Source: Antedon mediterranea (taxonomy: Eukaryota > Animalia > Echinodermata). From it: a stretch of 64,000 nucleotides of DNA. The notes below the pieces were generated by a model that saw only the letters and a program-made list of their open reading frames with translations, made no database searches and had not been told where the DNA came from. This document shows positions 13,501-26,200 of this stretch, one piece after another; the stretch's first letter is position 1; each line of letters begins with the position of its first letter. A program made the translations under genes and the position numbers. The stretch is taken from contig NC_092672.1 in assembly GCF_964355755.1 (NCBI RefSeq), positions 7,130,001 to 7,194,000 of the forward strand. Direction: 5' to 3'.

Positions 13501-14830
13501 TCCTTATGGCCAGGAATCGATGTGGTTATGTTTTCAGGGTGCGCAATCAAACATTACGCGGTCTACGCGCGATTTAACGAAATCACGTTTGTAATCATAT
13601 CTTCACAAGCATGAATCACTTTTAAACAAAATTTGGTACTCATAAATTTCAGGTCATATTTCATCATATGGCAATACAATTACGTGCGTAGCGCATATAA
13701 TGCATGCGTACGCGCGCTTAGAATGTTGAAAATTGTCAGAATTTATTTTCGATGAAATTAGAATACGTTTCAGGCAATTTTAAGCGTTTAAAAAATTGCC
13801 ATGAGTGCGCAGATTTTTGCACGTGCACTGCGCGTCAAACGTTAATGCGCACTGTTTTTGTCCGATTACTGTTGTATAACCTTTCTTTAATAATATCATC
13901 ATATTTTATTCACTTTTCAATGCGAAACAGCGTTATACGAGCACGTCAAAAGTGACAGGCTACGCACGTGTAAGTTAACAAAATGGTGAAAATATGCTAA
14001 ATTTTAAAATTAATATATATCGTTAGAATGCTCGGGAACACCTATTTTTTATTTAATTTTCTTGAAGTGTATGTATCATATGTATGATTTCTTATCAAAT
14101 AAAGAGAACAAAAGTTGATTAAGTCATCATTAATTGCATATTAAATTAAAAAAAAATAATTTCGACAATCAAACAAATTATGACATTCTCTTAGGCCAAA
14201 ATAACAAACTTAACATTAACTTTCTTCCTTCAAAAATTCATATATTAAAGTTAAAAGTATGTAGTTTGACAGTCCATCATTTGTATACATTTTAAAGATG
14301 TCATCATAGTAAAAAATTATAATTCATTTCGGTATGTAATAATCTATTTGCATCAAACTGGTTACTGCATAGTAAATACACGGAGGAATTTTTCTACAAC
14401 TTTTAGTCAGTTGTGTACGGCTCGGTGGTCTGTGCTCGTGTCTATGGCATTCAAGGTACCGAGATCGAGTCTCACCTTGGGAAACGAAATACGAATTTTT
14501 TTTTTTATTATCCGTATTGTTTGTTCAAATTTATTTCTTAGTGTATAGATTATACACATGATTTATAATGAAATCTAGATAAAAATTAACTTATGTCTTT
14601 ATTTTATTATGTAACAACAAATGTGGTTTATGACATTATACGCATATGGATCTTTGATCGGATTGTGATACCGGCTATGGTGTTCGCGTTAGCAAGGTCC
14701 TATCATATATTATAAATAATTAAAGATTCTGAGAAAATCAATCAATCAATATATCTTTTAAAAATCAATTATCTTTATTTAAATCAAGGCATATAACCTA
14801 TAATTCGTCATAGTGACGAATTAAATCTAG
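10575..14830 (+). mobile_element. Three family A bodies (A2, A3, A4) without adjacent heads
   Basis: Each starts at the (TTTA)n-ttctttccttagcac tract and ends in the A-type tail. Confidence 0.85.
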
Positions 14831-14884
14831 TTAGGTTATATGCATTATCATGCATATAACCTCTTGATTCTGTCAAAATCTTTA

Positions 14885-17800
14885 TTAGTTATCCGCATTT
14901 AGCGGATAACTCCTTGTAACTGTCCTGTGTCTTTTTTTTTTTTTTCATTATTCTTCAGTCTTTCTCCCTCACTTTTTGTGCAGAGCGTATCTCTAAAATG
15001 GGTAAACATAACATTTCATAACTTTGTCAACATATGGGCATTTACGTGAAGTTGTGCACCTCCTATTTTTGAATGACGTCATAGTTACGCAACGTGACTT
15101 ACGCATGATTTTATGATTTTTTTAAATTGATCATAGATATAAAACCAAGTGTAATTTTTTTTTGTACACTTTGTGAAAATTTAAGTCATATCAAGGGCAA
15201 ACTTTTTGTGCACAAAAAATGGCATGTTTTACAAGAAGTTACGCGCGCACGCGCGTTTAAAATTTTATAATGCGAAAAATCAATTTCTAATTAATTTTCT
15301 ACGCGTTTCTTGTCATTTTGAGCATGTCAAAAATTCCCACGCATGCGCAAATTTTTACGGGCGCGGTGCACACGTAGCGTTAAAAACATACTTTTTCCAC
15401 GTGATTTATGTTTTTTCAGCCTTTTCTAGTAATTTTAACAACTTTTAAACAATTTCGACTTAAAATTACGTCATACGAGCACGCCGAATTGGATAATTTG
15501 TGCGCGTTTTTGATGAAAAAGTTAACAAATTCGTCAAAATAAAGCATTTTTTTAAACAGTCGTAGTTTCTAAACTAAACGGTAAAAATTATTTTTATTAC
15601 ATATTCTGGAAGTTGATGAGTTGTAGATATCGGATCATGCTTTAAAATGGCTAACCGGACATTGTAACGTCATCGTATGGCCACACGAATATAAAATATA
15701 GGATTTTTGTATCTTTCGTCATAGCTTATCAGATTTAATAGAGCGCATCTCCACTTATCCGTTTTTCATTTTCACTTTGATTTTTATATTGTCTAGGTCA
15801 ATCAATTTTCTTTCGCATGAGTTAAAAATATTTTAATTTTTATGACGTCATAATGTCTAAAAATGTAAATATCCCGGGTCACATATTTTCATCTTTACAG
15901 TAAATTTTAATCTGTTATAGCTCGTCAGAATAAAAAGTGATAATCATGATTACAACGTTTTCTGGAAGCTATTGGATTGTAGATACGAATTCATGTAAAC
16001 ATTTTGCCAATCGAATGTTTTGACGTCATCATATGGTCAGCTGAATAAAAAAAGTCATATTTTCATATTTTGCGTAATAGTTCATCACATTTAAAAGAGC
16101 GCGCATCTATATTTTACGTATTTAAATTTCTTCTACACATTAATATGTGGTTGCTGATATAATTTCCTTCCGAATTTGCTATCTTAGTGTTTCATTTTGA
16201 TACCGTCGCCATGTTAAAAATTGGAATAAAGAGCGGGTCCCGTAATTTCACCTATTCTTCACTGTATGTGATATGTATACAGATTATACTGTGTAACTAT
16301 ACTATGACACAAAATAACAGAATTCAACACTAACAACATATCATATTCATCAGTTCAGGTCATAATGCCATAATCTTTTTCTGTGTGCAATATTCCAACG
16401 TATGACGTGCACGTGGCGTTTGTCGTGCGGATAACTAACTCGTCAAAGTGACGAGTTTCATGTCTAGTTAGTTATCCGCTTAGTAGCGGATAACTCCTTG
16501 TAATCGTCCTGTTTCATCAAATTTTTTTTTTTCTGTATTATACTTCTTTCTTTCTGTCATTTTTGTGCGTCGCGTTTCTCTAAAACGTGTAAACAGAACA
16601 TATCGTAACTTTGTCAACATATCGACATTTACGTGAACTTGTGCACCTCCTATTTTTGAATGACGTCAGAGTTGCGCAACGTGACTTACGTGCGATTTTA
16701 TGAATTTCAATGATTGATCATAGACTAAAAACCAAACATAATTTTGTTTTGAAACTTTGTGAAAATTTAAGTCATATCAAGCGCAAACTTTCTATGGATT
16801 AAAAATAGCATGTTTCACAAAAAGTTACGCGCGCACGCGCGTTTAAAATTTTAACGTGCGAAATATTAACTTCTAATCAACTTTCTATGCGTTTCATGTC
16901 ATTTTGAGCATGTCAAAAATTCCCACGCGCGCGAACATTTTTACGCACGCGGTGCACACGTAGCGTTAAAAACATATTTTTTTCGCGTGATTTATGTTTT
17001 TTCAGCCTTTTCTAGTAATGTTACCAAATTTTAAACAATTTCGACTTAAAATTACGTCATACGAGCACGTCGAATTAGATAATTTGCACGCGTATTTGGT
17101 GAAAAAGTTAAAAAATTCGTCAAAATTATGCCTATTTTTAAACAGTCATAGATTCTAAACTACATGGAGAACTTTTTTTTAATTACATATTCTGGAAGTT
17201 GATGAGTTGTAGATATCGGATCATGCATTAATAAGGCTAACCGGACTTTGTGACGTCATCGTATGGCCACGCGAATATAAAATAGAGGATTTTTGTCTAT
17301 TTCGTCATAGCTCATCACATTTAATAGAGCGCATCTCCACTTATTCGTTGTCCATTTTCATTCCGATTTTAATATATTCTAGATCTATCAACAATCTTTT
17401 GCATGAATTAAAAATTTTTTAATTTTGTTAACGTCATCATGCCTAAAAATTTAAATTACGTTGGTCATTAATTTCATCTTTACAGTAAATTTTAATCAGT
17501 TATGCCTCGTAAGAATAAAATGTGATAATCACAATTAAAACGTTTTCAGGAAGCTATTGTATTGTAGATACAAAATCATGTGTAAATTGTGCCAATCGAA
17601 TGTTGTGACGTCATCATATGGCCAGTTAAATAAAAAAAGTCGTATTTTCATCTTTTGCATTATATTTCATTACATTTAAAAGAGCGCGCATCAATATTTC
17701 ACGTATTCAAATTTCTTCTACACGTTAATACGTTGTTGCTGAGATAATTTCATTCAGAAATTTCTACTTTTACATTTCATTTTGAAACCGTCAAGATGTT

Positions 17801-18047
17801 AAAAATTACAATAAAATACGGGTCCCGTAATTTCACCTATTTTACACTGTTTGTGATATGTATACAGATTGTACTGTGTATACTATATGACACAAAATAA
17901 CAGAATTCAGAAATAACATATCATATTCTTCAGTTCAGGTCATAATGCCTTAATATTTTTCTGTGTGCAATATTCTAACGTATGACGTGCACGTGGCGTT
18001 TGTCGAGCGGATAACTAACTCGTCAAAGTGACGAGTTTCATGTCTAG
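14885..18047 (+). mobile_element. Helentron-like family D, two complete units (related to C)
   Basis: Heads agttatccgcatttagcggataact (14887) and agttatccgcttagtagcggataact (16470); tails gcggataactaactcgtcaaagtgacgagtttcatgtctag. Confidence 0.8.
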
Positions 18048-20871
18048 TTTATTTATTCTTTCCTTAGCACTATTTTGTCCGTGAATTATCTTGATATCAG
18101 TTTCATCTATCTAAGTCAATTTTTCAGAGTATATTCCTTATGGCCAGGAATCGATGTGGTTATATTTTCACGATGCGTAATCAAAAATTACGCGGTCTAC
18201 GCGCGATTTTACGAAATCACGTTTGTAATCATATCTTCACAAGCATGAATCACAATTAAACAAAATTTGGTACTCATAAATTTCAGGTCATATTTCATCA
18301 TATGGCAATACAATTACGTGCGTAGCGCATATAACGCTTGCGTACGCGCGCTTAAAATGTTCAAAATTGTCAAAATTTATTTTCGATGAAATTAGAGTAC
18401 GTTTCAGGCAATTTTAAGCGTTTAAAAAATTGCCATGAGTGCGCAGATTTTTGCACGCGCACTGCGCGTTATACGTTAATGCGCACTCTTTTTGTCCGAT
18501 TTCGGTTGTACAACCTTTCTTTAATAATATCATCATATTTTATTCACTTTTCAACGCGTAATTGCCTTATACGAGCACGTCAAAAGTGACAGGCTACGCA
18601 CGTGTAAGTTAACAAAATGGTGAAAATATGCTAAATTTTAAAATTAATATAGATCGTCAGAATGCTCGGGAACCCATATTTTTTATTTAATTTTCTTGAA
18701 GTGTATGTATCTTATGTATGATTTATTATTAAACTAAGGGAACAAAAGTTGATTAAGCCATAATTAATTGCATATTAAATTTAAAAAAATTCATTTTGAC
18801 AATCAAACAAATTATGACATTTTCTTAGGCCAAAATAACAAACTTAACATTAACTTTCTTCCTTCAAAAGTTCATATATTAAAGTTAAAAGTATATAGTT
18901 TGACAGTGCATCATTTTTGTACATTTTTAGAGATGTCATCATAGTAAAAAATTATAATTCATTGCGGTATGTAATAATCTATCTGCACCAAAGTGGTTAC
19001 TGCATAGTAAATACACGGAGGAATTTTTCTACAATTTTTAGTCAGTTGTGTATGGCTCGGTGGTGTGTGCTCGTGTCTATGGCACTCAAGGTACCGAGAT
19101 CGAGTCTCACCTTGGGAAACGAAATAATTTTTTTTTTTTTATTATCCGTATTGTTTGTTCAAATTTATTTCTTAGTGTATATATTATACACATGATTTAT
19201 CATGAAATCTAGATAAAAAATAACTTATGTCTTTATTATTATGTAACAGCAAATGTGGTTTATGACATTATACGCAGAGGGATCTTTGATCGGATTGTGA
19301 TACCGGCTATTGTATTCGCGTTAGCAAGGTCCTATCATATATTATATATTATTTAAAGAATCTGAGAAAATCAATGAATCAAAATATCTTTTAAAAATAA
19401 ATTATCTTTATTTTAATTATCAATGCATATAACCTATAATTCGTCATAGTGACGAATTAAATCTAGTTTATTTATTCTTTCCTTAGCACTATTTGTCCGT
19501 GAATTATCTTGGCATCAGTTTCATCTATCTAAGTCAATTTTTCAGAGTATATTCCTTATGGCCAGGAATCGAAGTGGTTATGTTTTCACGATGCGCAATC
19601 AAAAATTACGCGGTCTACGCGTGATTTAACGAAATCACGTTTGTAATCATATCTTCACAAGCATGAATCACAATTAAACAAAATTTGGTACTCATAAATT
19701 TCAGGTCATATTTCATCATATGGCAATACAATTACGTGCGTAGCGCATATAACGCATGCGTACGCGCGCTTAAAATGTTGAAAATTGTCAGAATTTATTT
19801 TCGATGAAATTAGAGTACGTTTCAGGCAATTTTAAGCGTTTAAAAAATTGCCATGAGTGCGCAGATTTTTGCACGTGCACTGCGCGTCAAACGTTAATGC
19901 GCACTGTTTTTGTCCGATTACTGTTGTATAACCTTTCTTTAATAATATTATCATATTTTATTCACTTTTCAACGCGAAACAGCGTTATACGAGCACGTCA
20001 AATGTGACAGGCTACGCACGTGTAAGTTAACAAAATGGTGAAAATTTTAAAATTAATATATATCGTTAGGATGCTCGGGAACACCTATTTTTTATTTAAT
20101 TTTCTTGAAGTGTATGTATCATATGTATGATTTATTATGAAATTAGAAGAACAAAAGTTGATTAAGTCATCATTAATGGCATATTAAATTTAACAAAATT
20201 AATTTCGACAATCAAACAAATTATAACATTTTCTTAGGCCAAAATAACAAACTTAACATTAACTTTCTTCCTTAAGAAGTTCATATATTAAAGGTAAAAG
20301 TATATAGTTTGACAGTGCATCATTTTTTTTCAATTTTTAAAGATGTCATCATAGTAAAAAATTATAATTCATTGCGGTATGTAATAATCTATCTGCACCA
20401 AAGTGGTTACTGCATAGTAAATACACGGAGGAATTTTTCTCCAACTTTTAGTCAGTTGTGTATGGCTCAATGGTCTGTGCTCGTATCTATGGCATTCAAG
20501 GTACCGAGTTCGAGTCTCACCTTGGGAAACGAAATAAGATTTTTTTTTTATTATCCGTATTGTTTGTTCAAATTTATTTCTTAGTGTATAGATTATACAC
20601 ATGATTTATAATGAAATCTAGATAAAAATTAACTTATGTCTTTATTATTATGTAACAACAAATGTGGTTTATGACATTATACGCATATGGATCTTTGATC
20701 GGATTGTGATACCGGCTATGGTGTTCGCGTTAGCAAGGTCCTATCATATATTATAAATAATTAAAGATTCTGACAAAATCAATCAATCAATATATCTTTC
20801 AAAAATCAATTATCTTTATTTAAATCAATGCATATAACCTATAATTCGTCATAGTGACCAATTAAATCTAG
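18048..20871 (+). mobile_element. Two family A bodies (A5, A6)
   Basis: Same body and tail as A1-A4. Confidence 0.85.
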
Positions 20872-23282
20872 TTGGATATTGAAATACTACTTTCGTTTCA
20901 AAATCTTAGTGGTCTTTCAAAGAATATTTATTGTATTTTTATACTTTTATTTTCGAATAGAATATGTAGGCCTAGTACGCCACTAACTCGAGGAAGTAAC
21001 TGCAGGTAATTATCTTTCATTTCAATATTCCCCCATATTATTTTTCTACAAAAAAATGTTTCCAAAAATGTTGCTTAGTTTTTTTGAAGTCTTGGAAAGC
21101 AGTAGAACACCTGTAGATTGAGGAGAAACTTACAGCATGTAGCATTGGTACAAAGTCAGTGCCGTGGTACTCCAGATAATAATCCTATGGAGAGAGGTGC
21201 TGTGTGTGTGGTTTGAGGATTTGCCTTTCCCTCTTTTCAAACTAGATTTCAGCAGTAAAAATGCATGACTCCTCATGACAAACCAACCATGTAAAACCCT
21301 ACGGGCTTGGACTTAACAATCAGATTATTATAGGTGGGTCATGGTTTGAGGGAGGGTATTTTTTTTTTAATTCAAATTTGCTTTAAAACATTTCAGGCAC
21401 ACGTGCACATGTTATGAATGTTGAAAGTAACTAAAACAGTCGCGCTTTTCAATCGTGAAACACGTCACGTTTGTGTTCACCTCATTTCGAAAGAAACCCC
21501 TTAAATAAAAATTACCAAATTGTTAATAAACATTCGGTCTAAACATGATGCAAAAAAATAAGTAAGTAAGCCGTAATCACATTTCTTAATAAATTGCAGC
21601 AATGAATCCCAAAAGCAGACCATATTAACTGAAAGCGGAAATTTAACTGTATTTTACGTCGTTATTATAATATGCTGAATAACCATGGGTAAAAAGCATG
21701 TACAGTACATTATATAAGCATGTATGATGTTTAACAATTTATACACAATCTCACATAATATCTTCCCTTCTATTGTCCCATAGGCATAACTCATATTGTA
21801 CAAGATAAGTCTATTAAATCCAAAAGTATGTACATACAATTTATACTCCATTATGAGTCACTCGATAATTACTTAATGAAATATTTACCGCGAAACCTAT
21901 TACAATAGTGTTCAATATTTCTTTATTAGGAAGATATAATGGACGATTTAAAAACGAAATGTAGGGTTTCATCGGCGGTAAAGTTAGTTCCGGGTTCACG
22001 GTGAGTCATCACCTTGCAACTTCACGTGTTCAACTAAGTTGGCCGTTGGTGGCGATAGCCATTATAGTTGTTTGTTTATTTTCGGACCGCGTTTGAAAGT
22101 ACATTAGTTAGCAAAATAAAAATTATACTGCAAATTAATAAAGATCAAATTAAATATATTCATAAAGTATCGGACTATATTGTGGAGAATAATATAAAAA
22201 AATACAAAAACAAATTAAATCGGGAGTACTGATGATAAGACTTTTTGTTTGAAATCGAGTGAAACCCACTGTTGAGTAAGCTGGCAGGACTGTATAACTA
22301 TGCGCTACCTGTGTCCCGTTAGGACCCTCTGAAACGTCTCCCTTCTTAGGACAAATCGCCCCACTGTGTCGCTGAAGTTAGTTTCAAAAGATGTTTAAAC
22401 TAAATAATGTATTAATTATACTAAGTGGATGGTATTTATTTGAATAAACTATACGTTAAATTGTTATTAATCTAAGACACTGTGAAACATTGACAACATC
22501 AAGCATTTCAATAATGGTAACCGACCGAAAACGTCCAAGCCAAGACTTCCTTCTAAAACCTTTTTACCCGAGTCATTATCAGTCCGAGAACCATCGTCTA
22601 CACTTCCATCAAAGTTAAGTTATAGCATGAAGCAATGGTTATTCATTCATTCACTATTATTGCCATAAATAAACGACAAGAAAAAAAAACAGATAACACC
22701 AACTTATAAAATGGCGATATGAGGTTATTGGGTTGATAAAACTGATTCTGTGTCTTTATTATAGGCCTATGGTAATTTATTTTGGTTTGTTGTAATTTAT
22801 CAAAATCTCTTCTTAATTCGGTTCCTAACCGATTAACAACCAATAATGCTTGTAATAATTTATAATTATTAATCAGAAATTGATTACTGTGTACATGCAT
22901 ACGTTCAAAATTAATGAAATTAACACTTCACTGCATTATATCACAACTTATGAAATAATGTTTACAATAGCATTTTTGTTTGCGGTGTGTCAAGACCGGA
23001 ATTCAGGTTTTATTTTCTGTGTGTGCTGAGAATTGAAATCAGAGGGAGTAATGTCTACTCTGATCATCGATTCTGCAGCTGTCATTTGATAAGCTTAACT
23101 GACTATCGCAAGTCATCTAGTCACTAGTATGGTGTATTACGTAATTTTAATACATGTTATATGTTTGATGGACGGCCATTGTCTTATAATATCCAAGCGC
23201 AAAGACCATATTATTCTAAAATAAACTTATTCTGAATAGCTACATATTACGATAAAGTTACTTGTTTCTCCACAGAACTGTA

Positions 23283-26200
23283 ATGGCAGCTTACCGTCAC
23301 GCTATAAAGTTGATTATGCTGTTTACAACTATAACCTCAAGTGCTAGCAATGGTTCGTGTGTTATTTCTATACCTTTTTCAAAAGAGATCCTATACATCA
23401 TCATCATCATCAAGTAGCATAATTGTGAAACCTTGATGGATTATTTGTAATATACCCTGCTTACTACATTCATTCTTTCTTTGAGATCCAAGAAACATTT
23501 ATTATATATGGCCTTTGGCCCAAATAATATACAATGTAATACAATATTAAATAAATATCAGTTGAGTGCGTTTAAAAATTCTGTTCTACGTTTAAATGAA
23601 AAAAATAAATATTTTCCAAGTTTAACAATAAGATCAGAATTTGTGGCAGACATAAGATAAATATATTTTAATTTAGTTGGGTTGTTTGTATAAAAGGAAA
23701 ACATATATTTAGTTCTAATATCTGAATAAAATGGACAAACTAAAGTGAAATGATATTCATCTTCAATTGATTGTAAAGCACATAATTTGCATAATCTTTC
23801 ATTTCTATTTATACAATTCCATCTTCCTTTTTCAATTTCTAATTCTAAAATTCCTAGTCGTATCTTAGTCATAATTTGTCTATGTTTGTAATTTGTTACT
23901 TTTGTTAGATATTCTTCAATTCCAAACTTATATTTAATGTGCTTGTAATATTGGAGCTTAGAGTGTAGCCTAGTATCTTCGTAGAATTTCTTTCGTTCAA
24001 TGTCTGTAAGCCTTTGTTTAAAATTTGAAATAAAAGTATATATATTATTAACCTGTTGTGAGTACCATATGTTACCAAATCCATTTATGCATAGTATTTG
24101 TTTTACGTCATTGGCCCAACATTGCTCATTTCTTTGAGCTTTTCTATATTGAAAATCATAACATTGTTTAATAAATTTGTCATTATCCATTTGGATTACT
24201 CTTAGCCAATAACGAATTATATTAATGATAATTTGAATTTGGATAGTGAATCTTCCACATTCTCCTCTCACTGCAACACTTGGTGCAGAATTACCTATAA
24301 TAATAATAATAATAAATGAAAACTTATATAGCGCCGGTATCCTCCACCCATGTGGCGCTCATGGCGCTTTGTGCATTAACAACGTGCGAGAACATCAGCG
24401 AATAGCGACGTCTTTAGGTTGGTCTTGAAACTGTTTAGACTAGTTGAGCATTTAACTGTTGCTGGTAAGCTGTTCCATACACTTGCGGCCGCAACGTAAA
24501 AAGATCTCTGACCCCACTGATTTTTCGCTCTACGCTCTTGAAGAAGGTTTTGTGACAATGATCGTAGGCCTCTGCGGGATGATTCGTAACGATCCACAAG
24601 GTCAGATAAATAAGCAGGAGCACTGTCATTTAGGATCTTGAATACAAACAACGCAAGTTTGTACTTAATACGTTGTTGAACAGGCAACCAATGCAAATCC
24701 ATCAGGACAGGAGTTATGTGAGCGTTTGATTTTGTATAAGTTACAATTCTAGCTGCCATATTTTGCAAGCGCTGCAAACGTTGTATTTGAGATTTTGGTA
24801 TGCCAAACAACAAGGCATTACCAATGTCAATTTTAGAAGTGACAAATGAGTGTACAATCAATTCAGCTGTTTTCTTGTTAAGATTACCGCGAATACGACC
24901 AAGGTTCCTAATCGATATGCATGCTGCTTTGGATACAGTTGTTATTTGTGCTTCCATAGTGAGATTACTATCCAGCATGATTCCCGGATTCCGGACCACC
25001 GATGAGGGAGCGATGTTAGAGTTTCCGATTCTGATATGTGTGATGTTGATTTTGGAGATGTTACATTTAGACCCGACGATAATAAATTCCTAGAATGTAT
25101 TTACAGAATCTTAGATGAACTTTCTCTAATACTGATATATCATTTAAACCCCATATTTCGCTACCATAAAGTAAGATTGGCATAATCTTAACATCAAATA
25201 TATGGTTCCATATATTAACTTGGAGGTTACCAAAACGCCTATGGGTCAATCCTTTTAATGTGAACAAAGCCTTATTAGCTTGTTGACAATTGTATTTTTT
25301 GGCTTTATTCCAATTACCATTTGAGTTGAAAACAACTCCTAAATATTTAAAGGATTTGACAATGTCAACTGTATTTCCATTGTAATTCCATTTTTCAAAT
25401 TTGTTAAGATTACCACCATTCTTAAACACCATAATATTACTCTTGTTAACATTGACAGTTACATCCCATCTTGTACAATAGGTAGATAACTTGTTTAAAT
25501 AATATTGTAGACCATAAACGGTATCACCAAATAACATAAGGTCATCTGCATAGAGTAAATGATTAATTTTTAGATTTCCTATTTGGATTCTATGCTCGTC
25601 GCCTTCCTCATTTAATGTTTCACTCAAATCATTAATAAAAACATTAAATAAAAAGGACAAGAGTGGCGAACCCTGTTGTATACCTATTAGACATTTGAAA
25701 GAATTACTAATGTTGCCGTCGACCTTAACATGTGCTGATAACTTATTGTACATTGAATTAATAACGTTTAACATTTTTCCTTTTACTCCTGAATTTTTTA
25801 GTTTTATGTGAAGATATTGATGTCCTACGGAGTCAAAGGCTCGTTTAAAATCAATGAAAGCAACAAATACTTTCCCACGTTTTTTCCTAGGTATTTATTA
25901 ATGATTGTGTTAAGAATAAATACATTTTCCGATGTTCTGAACCCCTTTCTAAAACCGGCTTGTTCCTGATGTAGAATGTTATTATCTTCTGCCCAAAATT
26001 GTAATCTTTTATTAATAATATGTAAGAAAATTTTAGCAAAAACAGGAATAAGTGATATTCCTCTATAATTCTCTGGTTGTTCTTTGTCACCTTTTTTAAA
26101 TATTGGGACAATAAGACTGGTTGCCCATTGCTGTGGAAACTGTCCTGTATTATAAATTATATTATATAATTTTGTTATTAGATTGATTACATTTTGAGAT

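Larger units (their letters stand above)
4204..20871 (+). mobile_element. Nested/tandem array of 11 non-autonomous Helentron-type (HINE/DINE-1-like) units from four families (6xA, 1xB, 2xC, 2xD)
   Basis: Every 1.4-1.6 kb unit ends in subTIR + hairpin + CTAG followed by TT (A: gcatataacc..ttcgtcatagtgacgaa..ctag; B/C/D: gcggataac..actcgtc(n)agtgacgagt..ctag). 5' heads are palindromes carrying the complementary subTIR (ggttatatgcat..atgcatataacc; gttatccgc..gcggataac). No TSD, no Rep-helicase ORF. CTAG ends at 5738, 7479, 9003, 10574, 11987, 13409, 14830, 16467, 18047, 19466, 20871. Confidence 0.85.

Noticed and set aside
4661-20602. Recurrent short ORFs (MKLEYVSGNF.., MHQSGYC.., MSNWTCSY..) in the array as a gene family
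   Set aside because: They recur only because the DNA is repeated. They have no recognisable domain, are broken by indels in some copies, and are not conserved between families.
4204-20871. CRISPR array or integron-like cassette array
   Set aside because: Eukaryotic context; the 'spacers' are 1.4-1.6 kb paralogous bodies; no cas or integrase gene. The termini fit Helentron-type elements.
22355-22370. Transib/RSS-like heptamer CACAGTG on the minus strand
   Set aside because: Single occurrence with no partner TIR or nonamer identified.
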